In this document: positions 28,035 through 41,495 of the stretch, piece after piece
Position numbering within the stretch: the first letter of the stretch is position 1
Layout: every line of letters begins with the position of its first letter
From: Paecilomyces variotii
Lineage: Eukaryota
Length of the DNA stretch: 64,000 bases
Direction: 5' to 3' (one strand)
Assembly (NCBI GenBank): GCA_004022145.1
Contig: RCNU01000003.1
Translations under genes and position numbers: made by a program
Notes under the pieces: model-generated
What the model was told of the DNA's origin: nothing
The model's database searches: none
The model's input: only the letters and a program-made list of their open reading frames with translations

Positions 28035-29941
28035 ATGCCAGCACCCCCGATCAAAGAGAGGAAGCCCGTGACGGACCTCCAGAAGGTGTTTCACTATACA
28101 GATACTCAGCGCCGCAAGCCGACGCGTGAAGAAGATCCGTATGAGTACCAGGCCGGTTGGGGGAACCGTTTCCAGTCTGAAGTTATCCCGGGTACGCTCC
28201 CTGCTGGCCAGAACAACCCGCAGGAAGCTCGATTCGGCCTGTACACGGAGGGTATCACATATTCGGCCTTTGCGGCTCCTCGCCATGCCAACTTTAGTAC
28301 CTATCTCTACCGTGCTAGAGTTGCTGCTGCTCACCGTATGTTGTGTACAATGTCTACCTGTCTATGAAGATGGTTCTGGCTGATCATGATTCCTATCAGA
28401 TGGCTACAAAGCAAACATTGAAACAAAATCGCATATCGAGAACTGTCTACTCACGCTGAACCCGAAAGTTGAGACACTTGCTGAGCAGGCTGAATGGCTG
28501 CCATTCCCGCTTCCCAAGGAGGATGAGAAGATCGACTTCGTTGACGGGTTGCACACCCTGGGTGGGAGTGGCGACCCAAACTTGCGCGAAGGGATTGCGT
28601 TGTATGTGTTCATGATCAACGCGGATATGGACCATCGGGCATTCTGCAACACGGACGGTGACTTCCTGATTGTTGCGCAGCTGGGCAACCTGGACATCCA
28701 GACGGAGTTGGGTAAGCTCTTCCTGCAACCCGGCGAGATCTGTGTGATCCCGCGTGGAATCCGCTTTGCTATCCGACGTGCCCCTGGCCATAATGTTGCT
28801 CGTGGCTATATCACGGAGATCTGGGGCTCCATCTGGGAGCTCCCTGACCTGGGTCCGCTGGGTGGTCACGGGTTGGCTAATCCACGAGACTTCCTGTATC
28901 CTGTTGCTTATATCGATGACGAACTACACGAGGACTGGAGTATCGTCAACAAGGCGAATGGAAAATATAATGCCATTCAACAGGATCATAGTCCGTTTGA
29001 TGTTGTGGCGTGGCATGGTAACGCCGTTCCGTACAAGGTGCGTCCATTCCCTTCTTTTCATCATTTCCATCAACGAGTTACAAAACTAATTGTACTGTAG
29101 TACGACCTCACCAAATTCGCCTCTCAAAATGCCACATCGATCGATCACACCGATCCATCCGTGAACTGCGTCCTGACAGCCAAGTCGCGAGACCCTAATA
29201 CTCCTCTGGCCGACTTCCTCTGGTTCGGACCGCGATGGGACGTGGCATCCAACACGTTCCGTCTGCCATACTTCCACAGGAACTCCGCCACGGAATTCCT
29301 GGCCTCGCTGTACGGTAACGGATTGGGTCGATCAGATGAGTTCCTCCCCGGCGGTGGCAGCGTGGAGATCAGCCACACGCCGCATGGCAACTTTAGCGAA
29401 GATTATGTGTGGGAGATGCGCGTGCAGGAGAATGAGCCGCGGAAGATTTTGGAGAGTGAGTATTATCCCGTCGTCCGGTTTCTAAGCCAGACGAATGTCC
29501 TATATCTGGAGAATGGGAGAGACTAAACGCATGTACAGACCAAATGACAATCATGGTCGAAAGTAGCCGCACGTTCCTGTTCACGGAATACGCGCGCTCG
29601 ATCTGCGGCACGTTCAAGAATCAGGGCACCGACCCGAAGGTGTGGGATGTTCTCCCGGTGAGTCTTTTTAACTCTCCCTCAGAGCATATACCAGGGAATG
29701 AAAATAAGTTCTAACGGCTTGCTTTCAGGACAAATTCTCATCGTATCCGAACATCAAGGAGATCCTGGCGCAAGTTAAGGCCGACAAGGCGGCACAGCGA
29801 GCGCGGCTGGACACTTACTATGATGATGAGCGGCTGGCGCAGGTCGCGGCGCAGGGACATGTCAAGAGCAAAGAGATTGATGGCAGCGCGGTGGCCAATG
29901 GTAGGAATGGCACCAATGGACATGCTGTGGCTGCTGTATAA
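28035..29941 (+). CDS. Homogentisate 1,2-dioxygenase-like cupin dioxygenase (divergent HmgA paralogue), multi-exon
   Basis: 'YQAGWGNRFQSEVIPGTLPAGQNNPQ', 'GLYTEGITYSAFAAPR', 'PGEICVIPRGIRF', 'LPDLGPLGGHGLANPRDF', 'SPFDVVAWHGN', 'IDHTDPS', 'FRLPYFHRNSATEF', 'HTPHG'. Confidence 0.88.
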
Positions 29942-31233
29942 TCTGGATTATTAGGCATAATTTATTTGATCATATTTCATTTCATTGTCTCTGTATCCGG
30001 TTTCCCGTCACGGTAGGTAGCTAGGTACCTAGGTAGTTATGTATCTATGAACCACGCGAGTAGATTAATTACCTAGTAGTAGCAACATAAGGAAAGAAAC
30101 GAACGCACGTGGAACAGATTTATTATTTCTTTAAGTCTTGTCATACCAAACTCCTGTCCCCACCTGATTCAGAATCTATAAGATCGGCCTTCTTATGCCT
30201 ATTCTGAAACCCATCTATCTCACCGACAAGACTTCGGCCCACGCAGGCGATACGAACTACCGTGGCCGAAACGATGGTGGTACGAGAGATACGAGAAGAA
30301 TATTCCACCTGCCCAATCACAAATCATAGAAACGGGTCTTGGTCAGCGAGACTCGTCACGGACTTGTCACAAGATCCACCGTTGGACCGAACACCGTTCG
30401 TTGAGTTCAACGTTGTAACTCGGGAGTCCAACGGAGTCGGTCCAGCAGGGATGGAAAGGTCTTGCTGGCTACCGTTGCTATCATGAGTAATTAATTATTC
30501 CTCATTGACTGACTGACAGATTGACTCGCTCGATGTGTGTGAGTCTGTGAGATGCGAACGCCACAAATGCCGGAGAGGCGAGAAGAAAAAAAAGCCACCA
30601 TGCGCTCGAGCGGCTGCGCAGATTGGTGATCATTGGCCGTGATTCGATTTCCCCGTGGGGTAAATATTAACTAGCAGACGAGCGACTCTACGCTAGAGTA
30701 CCAATACAGGAATTCAGGCTTCCTGCTAACGAGTTAATTTAGTTGCTTTAACTAGCAATGGGTTGGTGAACTTCCTCACTGACGACCCCACCTCAACAGG
30801 TCGGCTACAAGGCTCGGCTTAACCCCCCGGGCTGCTTTAGCCGTCAGAATCCAGATGCATTGGCGATGATCGTCCGCTGTGCTGGAACAAGACTGAGACT
30901 GCTGGGACGATCTCCCCGGTAAGCCCGGATACAAAACAGTTTAGGGCGGGCGCACTTTGCTGGCCGGGCTGGGCGCGACTGACGGCCTTTTTCTCGTGTA
31001 GTCGGGGACGATTTACGCCCATTACGCCCATTACGGTCACCAGGACACGAAGAAAGCCAAGCTGAAGCTTTTCTCTGGCCCCCCAAGGACGGAAGACGTC
31101 TCTTTCCCCTCTCCGAACTTTGCTTTCCCCTCCTTCTCCAATGCCCTCCGCCTAAGTGTATAGCGGGTAGTTGGACGATGCTCCTGGCCCGGTCCCTTTG
31201 CTGCCCTTTCCTCGCATCATCGCGAGAGTCGTC

Positions 31234-34190
31234 ATGGTCTTGAGAAAGTGTACCATCTGCGATCGCCGGTTCAATAAGACAGAGCATTTCAAGCGTCATG
31301 AGCGTTCACGTATGTGGTTTGGTTGCTTGATACATGTTTCTCCGCATTGCGGATCGCTGACAGGTGTATATACAGACACCAAAGAACGACCGTATGAGTG
31401 CAATGTATGTCACAAACGATTCTCCAGAAGGTAAGTCCGCAGGACTAGTTCCCCACGTGCAAAATTGATCTTATCAAATTTTCCGTCTGCGATGTAATAA
31501 TAATATGTGCTGATCGCGTTCTACAGTGACGTTCTGAGCCGGCATGCCAAAGGCCATATAGCGCAGGCTGCAACAGCCACTGCCAACGGGGCAATGAACG
31601 GGAAACCGTCCGGGACCGAATCCATCCCCGATCAAAGGCCCTCGGCCGTCAATATCACCCCGTCGACGGCTAATCCAAATGATGAGACGCCGCGTCTGCT
31701 GCCGGGCCTGCCACCGGAGACGCAACGCCTCCCTAATCTTCCCCCGACTCCGCGGGATGTGCCAATATCTGCCAATGGGATGCAATCGACGTCGTTGGAC
31801 TTCCTGGCTGACATCTCAGCCCATCATGCCCGTACGGAGTCGGATATCAATCCCATGATGATCGATGAGCAGCAGCCGTATTTCGGGTGGAATGAGGTGA
31901 CGCCGCTCAATCCACCGGAACATGCTTCGCAGCGTGGAGTTGCATTCGATGCTATGCACAACGACATACTCCAGTTTTGGCTGGAACCCAGGGGAGACAG
32001 TGTTTCTCGTCAGGGTTCTCTTGATTTGATGAGAGATACCAACTTCGGGTTGGTTGGGGAAAACCTGGCACTCTCCCCGGAAAGACATCACCGGCACTCG
32101 ATAGACACGACTAAATCTGGTGACAATATCCCAAATGAGCGGTTCGCCAAAGTCGAACGCTGCTGGCTGGCTCCTTCTAATACCGTGGGTCGGTTAATGA
32201 ACACGTTATGGCGCGATATGGCGCATAGTGATCTGGACAATCTCTTTTCTGTCCACAACTTCCAGCCCTTGGGGCATTATTCGGACGGTCCACAGGGGTC
32301 AAGACACGGCCTAGATGAGGAGTGTCGGATGCAGCTGCAGGCGGTTTTTGGCATGGCGCCGTCAACACTCTCGCATATTAACTCCCCGGGAAACGAAGCT
32401 TTATCTCCAGCAGCGTCAGCTTCCGGTGGCTCTGCGCCTACGTTCCCACCAGCGGAGATCCTGGACATGGCATTGGACCTGTATTTCCGCCATTTTCACA
32501 GGCTGGTTCCATTCGTCCATCTACCGACATTCTCCGCAAAGAAGGCACGATTGCCTCTATTGTTTGTGATGTGTCTTATCGGAATGATTATCTTGGGAAC
32601 AAAGGGGACAACAAGCTTTGTGGCAAGGTCCTTTCCGGTAAGTGCTTATCTCGTAATAGCATCAGTCGAGTCGCAACTAACGGGAAGCAGGTGGTCTTCG
32701 AAAAGGTCAGTGCTGAACTAGCCAAATGCTCTCTGGGCAACGGCAAGCCAGCAGGGATCATGACAACGTTTGCGACGGCCTTTCTGTTCCTTAATCTAGC
32801 AGCGATGACAGGGGTGCGTTATTGCGAATCTCAATGGCCTAGTAGCGATGCTGACTGAGTCCAGGAGAAAGAACACTTGGAGCAATGCCAGATGCTTTAC
32901 GTGAACCTTATGGCGGTATGTGATGGTCTTTCCCCCCCTAGCTGTGATAACTGTGCTCATACTTCATAGGTCGCTCAAAGACACGGTCTGTTTACAGCCA
33001 ACGAAGGCCAGATACTCGACATGGCCCTGTTTGAAGCGGTGCCTGATCTTGACATGCGATGGAAGGCGTGGAGCCGGGTGGAGTCTGCTAAACGGTTCGT
33101 TCCAAGTTCCTACCTTAATGTATAAACTATAAACTAATGCCGGGACAGGTTGATCATAGGTCTACTGCTTATTGACTCCTGGTACTCATCCTTCCTGTCA
33201 ACCAGCCCTATTGTGGCGCCAGACTCGGTCCAGATCATATTACCCTGCAATGAGACGCTTTTCAGGGCAGGCTCGTCAATCCGGTGGATGCAGCTGATTC
33301 GTGGTGGGAAGCGCATTTTAATGCCCACTGTGACCTCACCGTCTGAAAACACGAGTCTTCCGGTATTAGATGCTCCAGTGGACGATTTCTGTATGCAGGG
33401 GATACTGGCGATGCTGCAGCTGCGGTTGTCAGAAGCGTATCATCGACTGCTGTCTAACCGCGCGAGCTATCCCTTTGCCCCATGTCATACGTATGCTATG
33501 GATGGTCGTGCGAGATGTTTACCCTCACTGCAGGTCGAAGTCGTTAAAAACTACGAAGAGATCCTCGAGAGGCTGAATCCCAACTCCATCATCATGTGGC
33601 ACTATATGTGCATGATGCTCTGTGCTGACATGCAGATATTCGATCTCGCAGCTGGACGTGCCGGGCCTTTGCCTGCACGCAAAGCACTGGACGATATTGC
33701 AGCTTGGTCTCAGACCACAGCAGCCAGAAGAGCCTGTCTACATGCGGCACAGATCTTCAAGTTCATGACCAACCGCAAAGCGTCGGACGATACTATGTTC
33801 CACTCGGTATTTGCGCTCTTCTCCGCTGCACTCGTCCTGGGCCTCTACACCTTCATGGTGCCCCATTCAGCGGAGACGCAGGTTGGCGCCACATCAGTTG
33901 AATTGCTGGAAGATATCGACTGGCGGCAAATTGGTGCTGAGGGTTTTACCAGCTTCATGGAACCACAGGGGAGCCAGCCATACGGTACAGCTGACAGTGA
34001 AGCCACGAATTTCATCCGCAACGGTGGCACGATATATATTCGTGGAGTCCCACATCAGGGAGGCTACCAGTCTGCGCGGCGCATCCTGCTCGACTATGCG
34101 GGACTTCTCAAAGACACTGGGAAGTGGAGCGTGCGGAAATTCTCCTACGTGCTGCACATTATGAGTGATGTGTTGATGGAGGTCGAGTAG
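31234..34190 (+). CDS. Two-finger C2H2 transcription factor with a fungal-specific TF domain
   Basis: Spliced fingers CTICDRRFNKTEHFKRHERSH-TKERPYE-CNVCHKRFSRSDVLSRHAKGH; 'LYFRHFHRLVPFVHLPTF'; 'WKAWSRVESAKR'; 'AARRACLHAAQI'. Confidence 0.9.
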
Positions 34191-34933
34191 ATCGCTTACG
34201 AAGCTGACACGATCTGTATCTGTCTGCTGGATATAAGAGTTGACAAAGAAATATGTGGCTGCTATTAGCGCTTGGACAGGAGTATGATGGATGCAGCGAT
34301 GGTTTGATTCGAACTCGGAGGCTCGTCCATCTACCGCCTTTATTTCAACCGCTATATCATGAAGCATCCTCTATTGCAGCTTCTTGTCTCAAGCTTCAAG
34401 CGAGATCTGGTCTGCCATCAAAATTATGGCAATGACCGAGTCGGACCCCTCGCATCCCTTACCAGGGGGAGAGAGCGTGGATTTGTGCATTCTTTAGCTG
34501 AGCTGGGTCTCCAGCTCTTGCTGACCGCACATAGAGTCCCTTGGGGATAGGGACTGTGGGAGATGAACGGCTCATTGAGGCCCGACCCTCACTTCAGGGT
34601 CTGAGAAGTAGATCTAAACCGACTGCGCCACCAGATACACCAGTTAGGACGCAGCAGTTTTTGTATATTAAATGAATGACATTATGTACGAGCATTATCA
34701 ACGGAGGATACGGTCTGGACGCGCAATATAGTATAATATAGCTATATTTTCAAGTACGTGTCAATATATGTCGCTATTACTCATGTCAGATACTGTTTGT
34801 CAAATAACTTACCACTGATACTTTATTCTATACATCGAGACCATGCTTGCTAGTAGATAGAAGAATGGGTCTTTATAGTTACATCTCCGAGAACTTGAAA
34901 AAGAAAAAGACAGATGGAGAAAGACAGAACTCG

Positions 34934-36415
34934 TCACCACAAAAACTGTCTCTGAAACTTCACAGGTGGCGCCGCGATCCACGAACTCAGCTCCATTGGC
35001 GCTGTCGGAGTCGGCGTCGACGCATATATTGAATCCACTATTTGGGATGGCGTGGTTCCTGTATTTCTGTTTGCAACTTGATACTCTCTTCCATCGGCTG
35101 AAGATGGTACGGTCCCGTTGGCATGCAGATCGTTCTGATCTTCCGCCTGCCGATTCAGATCCTGATACTGTTGTATTATCCCCTTTCTGGGAGTCTCTTC
35201 CGAAGAAGAACAAGAAACCGGACCCCGCATTCCTGGCTCTTGTTCCGATTCTCGTTGAACGACTGAACGACTATCACTCAAACTGGTTCTCTGGCGTTTC
35301 CTCGGGCTCTGCCCCAAAGGAACTGGTGGATCTTCAATCACTGTATCTCCAAAATGTGTTCGGGCTGCTGCACCTCGCGACGAGCTATCATCTATAGATG
35401 ATAAACTCAGGTCTGTATCACGCCGGACAACACTATCGCCAGCACCAGCAGAACTCGAACATAAACCAGAAGACACACCTCCCGTCCAACCCGCATGATG
35501 ATGAAGATGATAACAATCCCTCTCCCACCTCCGAATACTCTCAGTAGAAGATAAAGGGAATCGTTTCCAGTACTCTGCGCCTGTCTTTCTCGTAGTGGAT
35601 GATAATGATAGTGGTGGTATTATCAAATTATTCTTCTGGTTCTGGTCCACGTCCAGATTGGTATTCGATTTCGAGTTCAAGTTTGAGTTTGAGATGATGG
35701 ACGATGTGACTTTTCCTTCTGAAAGAATCTTAGAAAGCTCATCATCTGATACATGACCGAGGAGTCTTAGTAGTAAATGCTCTGTTTCGTGAAGACGGTG
35801 TTCGAGGGTTTCGATGTAGCCTTTTGCGGGGCCGCTGGGGTTTGGATTTTAGTTAGGGATCGGTACGTTCATATTTCTAAAGACAAGTTCGAGATTGGGT
35901 TGGGATTGGCCCTTGTTTTGTTTTTTTCGTGATGTATTCATCCCGATGAGATGACCATATGTATATATATGTGTGTGTGTGTGTATGTGGTCTGAGAATG
36001 TATATCTATAACGTACCGTTTAAGTTGTTCTGGCCAAGCGCAAGGACGGCCGTATTCGAGACATTGTTCGCATCTTGGTCTTTTTGCCATATTGCTTTTC
36101 GTTAGTTGATGTTTTCTTTCTTTTTCGAGGTTGAATCATCAAATAAAATCTTCGGTTTTCACTAAGAGTCAAGGGTTTGCATAGCGTAGGAGGAGGTATA
36201 TTTATCCTCGACTTGGAACAATAGACGGTTTCAATTAACATACCTTTCACCACTACACTGTATGCTATATCAGCCGCCTTTTCCCTTCATGAAAATGAAA
36301 TTACACCATTACAGCGAATTATTTGAGTTCAACTTACCTTTTGCTTCCGCGCTCGACATGGATTACACGCCGTGGTGATGCGAGAGGCTTTTTTCTCGCG
36401 TGATGTGAGGGCCAT
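34934..36415 (-). CDS. Small Zn(II)2Cys6 DNA-binding protein with no visible fungal TF middle domain
   Basis: Spliced zinc cluster ACNPCRARKQK|CSGER|PRCEQCLEYGRPCAWPEQLKR|GPAKGYIETLEHRL, including a 14-nt micro-exon near 36244-36257; continues into the ORF ending FQRQFLW* at 34934. Confidence 0.8.
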
Positions 36416-37088
36416 AGGGATGAAATGAATAAATAAATAGATAATTATTGTGGGTAGTCAGATAGTAATTTATGGTGGAAGAATAGATTATGTAGGGTAT
36501 AGAAGATTATTCTGAAATCGTGCAGGGTATGGATGGTATGGTATATTGGTCGGTTGCGCTGGGAGATGAGATTTCCCAAGGGTCCGCGCAGCCCGGCTGA
36601 AGGATCAATGGATAAAAGACCAAAACGTCAAACTTGTCGGTAGAAATGATATCTCTTGAAGTGTAGATGCAAAACCACCAACTACTAACTAGCCAGTATT
36701 AGCACTCTCCTGTAGAATTATCTTGAACGCGGGGGAATGGGGGTCCATATCGGTAGAAAAATCAGCCGATAAGTACACTTAGCTTAACCCCTCACGTGCA
36801 CGGTCTTCATTCCGATTTGTCCAATTGCGACCTGCACAGAGAGCCATGACTGGTAATTATTGAATGTTATGGATCATTCTTATAGTGAAAGGCTGATCTG
36901 CCTCATGGTGAAGGTTAATCGTATTGGCGATCGTTTTGCTCATCGTCATTAGGATGAACGTTCAAGCATAGCCCCGCTGTCCGATGGGGACGATTCTGGG
37001 GGTATTAATATGTCTACATACCTACCTACCTACCTATCTGCTAGATTCCTATCTTTAAGTCTTCATCAATCACTTGAAAGGCCCTACA

Positions 37089-38244
37089 ATGTCTCCAACA
37101 TACCGCATCGCATCTATCCCCGGTGATGGAATCGGCATAGAAGTCGTCGCGGCGACGATACAAGTGGTTGAGAAACTTGCTAGGACTCTTGGAACATTCA
37201 ATATTGAATTTACGCATATCCCGTGGGGAACTGCTTATTACAAACAACATGGCCGCTATGTCTCAGAAGACGTACTAGAGACGCTGCGCGGATTCGATGC
37301 GAGCTTGTTTGGTGCGGTTGGGGCTCCAGGTATGTTTTACTCTGTCTTCCCATGTTTAAATGCACATATTTTGTTTTTTTGCGAGTAAGTTAGCTGATCC
37401 ATGGCCAGACGTTCCTGATCACATCTCTTTATGGGGCCTCTTGCTGGCCATCCGTGGCCCATTGCAGCTATACGCCAACGTCCGTCCCGTTCGAACGTTC
37501 CCCGGGACAAAATGCCCGCTGAACACCGTTTCCGACGCAGGCATTGACTGGGTCCTCGTACGCGAGAATTCAGAAGGAGAATACTCCGGTCAAGGAGGCC
37601 GGTCACATCTCCACCAGCCATGGGAGACAGCCACAGAGGTAGCAATCTTCACTCGCGTCGGCATTGAACGAATCATGCGCTTCGCATTCGAAACGGCGCG
37701 ATCTAGACCAAAGCGTCTTCTGACGGTGGTTACAAAGAGCAACTCCATGCGCAACGGAATGGTGCTCTGGGATGAAATCGCTGCGGAAGTCGCCAAGGAC
37801 TATCCTGATGTCACATGGGATAAGATGCTAGTTGACGCCATGACTGTGAGGATGGTCGCGAAGCCACAGTCACTCGACACCATCGTCGGGACAAATCTCC
37901 ACATGGATATTCTTTCCGATTTGGCTGCTGCGCTTGCGGGTTCCATTGGCGTTGCGCCATCGAGTAATCTGGATCCGACAAGGAAGAATCCTTCATTGTT
38001 CGAACCAGTGCATGGAAGCGCTTTTGATATCACTGGCAAGGGAGTCGCTAACCCAGTTGCGACGTTCTGGTCTGCCGCAGAGATGCTCTCATGGCTAGGC
38101 GAGAAGGATGCGTCGAAGAAGCTTATGGATTGTGTTGAACGGGTCTGCGCTGCTGGCATCCTGACTCCCGATCTTGGGGGTAAAGCAACTACGCAGGACG
38201 TGGTGGATGCTGTTAACAAAGAGATCGAGGGCCTCTCTAATTAA
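37089..38244 (+). CDS. Tartrate dehydrogenase/decarboxylase / D-malate dehydrogenase (isocitrate/isopropylmalate dehydrogenase family)
   Basis: 'YRIASIPGDGIGIEV', 'FGAVGAP-DVPDHISLWGLLL', 'YANVRP', 'RENSEGEYSGQGG', 'VTKSNSMRNGMVLWD', 'FEPVHGSAFDI'. Confidence 0.9.
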
Positions 38245-39238
38245 CCAAGCCGCGTGGATTTACGTGCGTGTTGTAGATATTTTAGACCGCTTGTTTACGT
38301 TGCGCTGATTAAAATGTCACTTAGTAGTGCCACAAGTTCATAATGCGACACCATTAACGAACAAATCAAAGTCAAATAATAATAATGTCGAGTAGTAGAT
38401 AGACAGACTTGAAGAAAATACAGAAACGAAAGAAAAGTTCTTCGGGGATACTCCACGTCCTTCGCAAGATCCGGAATTCTTCCAGAAAACCTGGCAGGTA
38501 GGAACGGCCTAGAAAATCCCACTGCAGAAACATGCCACTTCGCATGCTCGAAGTTCTTACAGCAAGTAGAAACCTGAGTAGTGTTGCTCGTCAGCACTAT
38601 ATGTCTTCCGGGTACTGGTTTATCTGAATACGACTCTATTGATGATGTTGATAGGGATAATCTGCCTTTCTTTTTCGTATAATTGGTTGGTGATTCCGAT
38701 TTCTGCATTGAAAATTCGGAAACGGGACAGTCCACTTCAAGGCAAAGGTCTTTTTTTCAACAGTCGAGGCAGTTTCAATTACCAAACACAAGACATGGTC
38801 TACGGATGGTTAGTATATGAGACAATGGATTATCGTGTGTAGCCCTCAGTATGTTCGGATTGTGGGGTCGCTTGAATTATCAGCCGGTCGATCGGGAGCT
38901 AAAATATTACTATGAATTTTACTGTCATGAATATCTTTGTCTTGTCCATTCCTCCGCCATTGATTTCACTGGTCATATGTCTTAGTCCCTGACCGCATTG
39001 AGCCAGAATCATATCATAATAGTTGACTAGGTAGTCAATACTTCACAAGTCGTGCTGTACTGCTGACTCATCGTCGCCGACTGCTTCGAACAAATGATAA
39101 AACGATAAAACCACCAGAGAAGCCACGCAGTGCACGGATGATCGGATGATTGGATATCACAGCTCATAACGCAGATCCTGGTTGCCTTTTATATTCAGGG
39201 TCTTCTGCTGCCAAGCTGAACAGGATGCCTCGCCAAGC

Positions 39239-41495
39239 ATGGCGTCGTCAGATTTCATGTCTCATACCTCGGAAGTAGGATCCCTGACGACGCACTCGAA
39301 CGATGAGAGCCAGTTCGTCGGGAGTTCCAGCGGCGTCTACTTTATTAAAACGGTCAGACAGGCCTTTTCTCAAGGCGTTACACCGTCAAATGATGAGACA
39401 CAAGGGCAAGACTTTCCTCACCCGGAGGATACGATCATTGGTAGCGAAGACTCACCGTGCGAGAAACATCCTCCCACGGCTTACGGGACCCCGTACAGCA
39501 GTATAGATGCTGGGACTCGTCATCATCGCTGGGAGTACCATCCGGCCGTCACACAGGCCTTGGGAGAAGCTCCACCGCTTCAACAAGCGAAAGAATTGAT
39601 GATGATGTATTTCAAAGTCTGGCATCCGCTATTTCCGTTCCTCCATGGACCGACTTTTCTGCAGGAGATGGAGCTACTATACTCTACAAGCGGGGGTGCA
39701 TCATCGACTATAAATGTACAGTCAGAACATAAAAGTGCCTGCTGGACAACGATTTTTCAATGCGTTTTCAACCTCGCCAGTCTATTGAATCCAGGTGTCA
39801 ACCTACCGCAAGCGTCCAAAATCAAATCACCCACAAACATCCATACATTGTTAGGGTTGCTCGTCTACAGACATGACACTCCGGCTCTTCAGGCAATGCT
39901 GGCCGCGCAATTATATCTCCTAGCCACGATGTCACTTCGGACGGCGTCGACGGTAGGTGGCTGTATCCTTAGATCAATGCTTCATGCTGGCTTGCATCGT
40001 TGTCCGTTCCGTTACAAGGAACTTACCTGTCATGATCGTCAATTGCGAAAGAGGATCTTTTGGAGCGCATACGCTATTGACCGCTACCTGAGCCAGGCAC
40101 TGGGTTTGCCTCTTGGGATTCAAGATTCGGACGTTGACGTTTGTCTGCCGGGTGCACATGAGTTGCATAATCCGCTGTCCTCAAGCAGCATTGCACAAAC
40201 TGAAGCATCCCCTAATCGGACAATCCCAAAATCACCTATGCTGGAGAATGGACGGTCTGTAGGAAATCCATATCTCGGAAGGACTGAACAGAGCCCCCAT
40301 CCTCAACCTTCGAACGACGACTCTAATTGGCATCAAGAACAAAATAACCGAGAAGCTGCGCTGGCAAACTACGTTATATCTGGAAGATTGACTGGCCGAG
40401 CATTAGAGCTCTTCCACAAATCCATCCACGTCCGTTCCGTCCGACGCAGCTCGGTTCTCTTTCTGATATCCGATGTCCACAAATGGTGGAACGGACTACC
40501 ACCAAGCCTACAAGGAACGCCTCCTCCTAGGCGCAACTGCGAAACAAAATCCCCTGAAGCTGATGAACCTTTCGATCTGGGACCGTTCTTCACGGTCCTT
40601 TACCAGCATCTTATTCTCCTGATTAACCGACCATTGCTGTCTCTAGATACCTCAAGCCCGGACTTCTGCTCTGGACTTCAGACTTGCATTGGTGCAGCTA
40701 GGGGTATCTTATCCGCGTTACAGGCTCAGATAGACGGAGGCCAAGCGCTGTTCTGGCCGGGCTTCTTATCAGCAGCATGGATGTCGGGGTTGGTGATTGT
40801 TTTTGCTTGTCAACTTAAACAATACGTTCTTTCGAAAGGTTGTCAGTAAGTCTAGACCCTGCACTGATACCTCCTCTTACCCGCCAATTCATCCCTGAAA
40901 ACCAATTACTAACAATCACCCCAGAGAGATCAGCGAATGCCTCGACATCCTCAACTTGATGTCCTCACAATGGGATACCGCCAAGCAGTGCCATACGGCC
41001 CTTTCATCTCTCTTCCTAAAGATAAAACGCCAAAACAGCAACGACAACAACAATCCCAACAACTTACTACTCTCCTCAATTCACGACAACTTCACTCATC
41101 ACGCCCAACCCTCCTCTCCAACAACCATAGCTCCACCATCATCAAACACACCCACCAATCCTCACGATTACTATGACTTCCACAGACACAAGCGTCGAAA
41201 AACAGACCCGACGAACGATCCTTCGGATCAAAATACTCGATCTACACAGCAACAACAGCAATCCCTTCTTCTTCCTCCACCTCCTCTTACTCAGGCATAT
41301 AATAGTAATAATTACAACACCGAAACAACAGCATCCATAACTAACAATAACCCAACATCATGGAATCTAAGCGGTCTCGAAGATCTTCAATGGCCAGGTG
41401 GTTCTGAGTCTGCTACGAATTTTGATCTGAATATGACGGATCTGTTTCATGGGGATTGTTTGTTTGATTTATCGGGACCGTCTGCGGAGTCTTGA
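39239..41495 (+). CDS. Fungal-specific transcription-factor-domain protein with no visible DNA-binding domain
   Basis: 'FVGSSSGVYF', 'YFKVWHPLFPFLHGPTF', 'LRKRIFWSAYAIDRYLSQALGLPLGIQDSDVDVCLP', 'YQHLILLINRP'; one intron ~40846-40924; N/Q-rich tail; an upstream exon cannot be excluded. Confidence 0.8.

Noticed and set aside
28035-29941. Standard tyrosine/homogentisate cluster (hppD-hmgA-fahA-maiA)
   Set aside because: No hppD, fahA or maiA in the window, and the dioxygenase pocket residues differ from canonical HmgA
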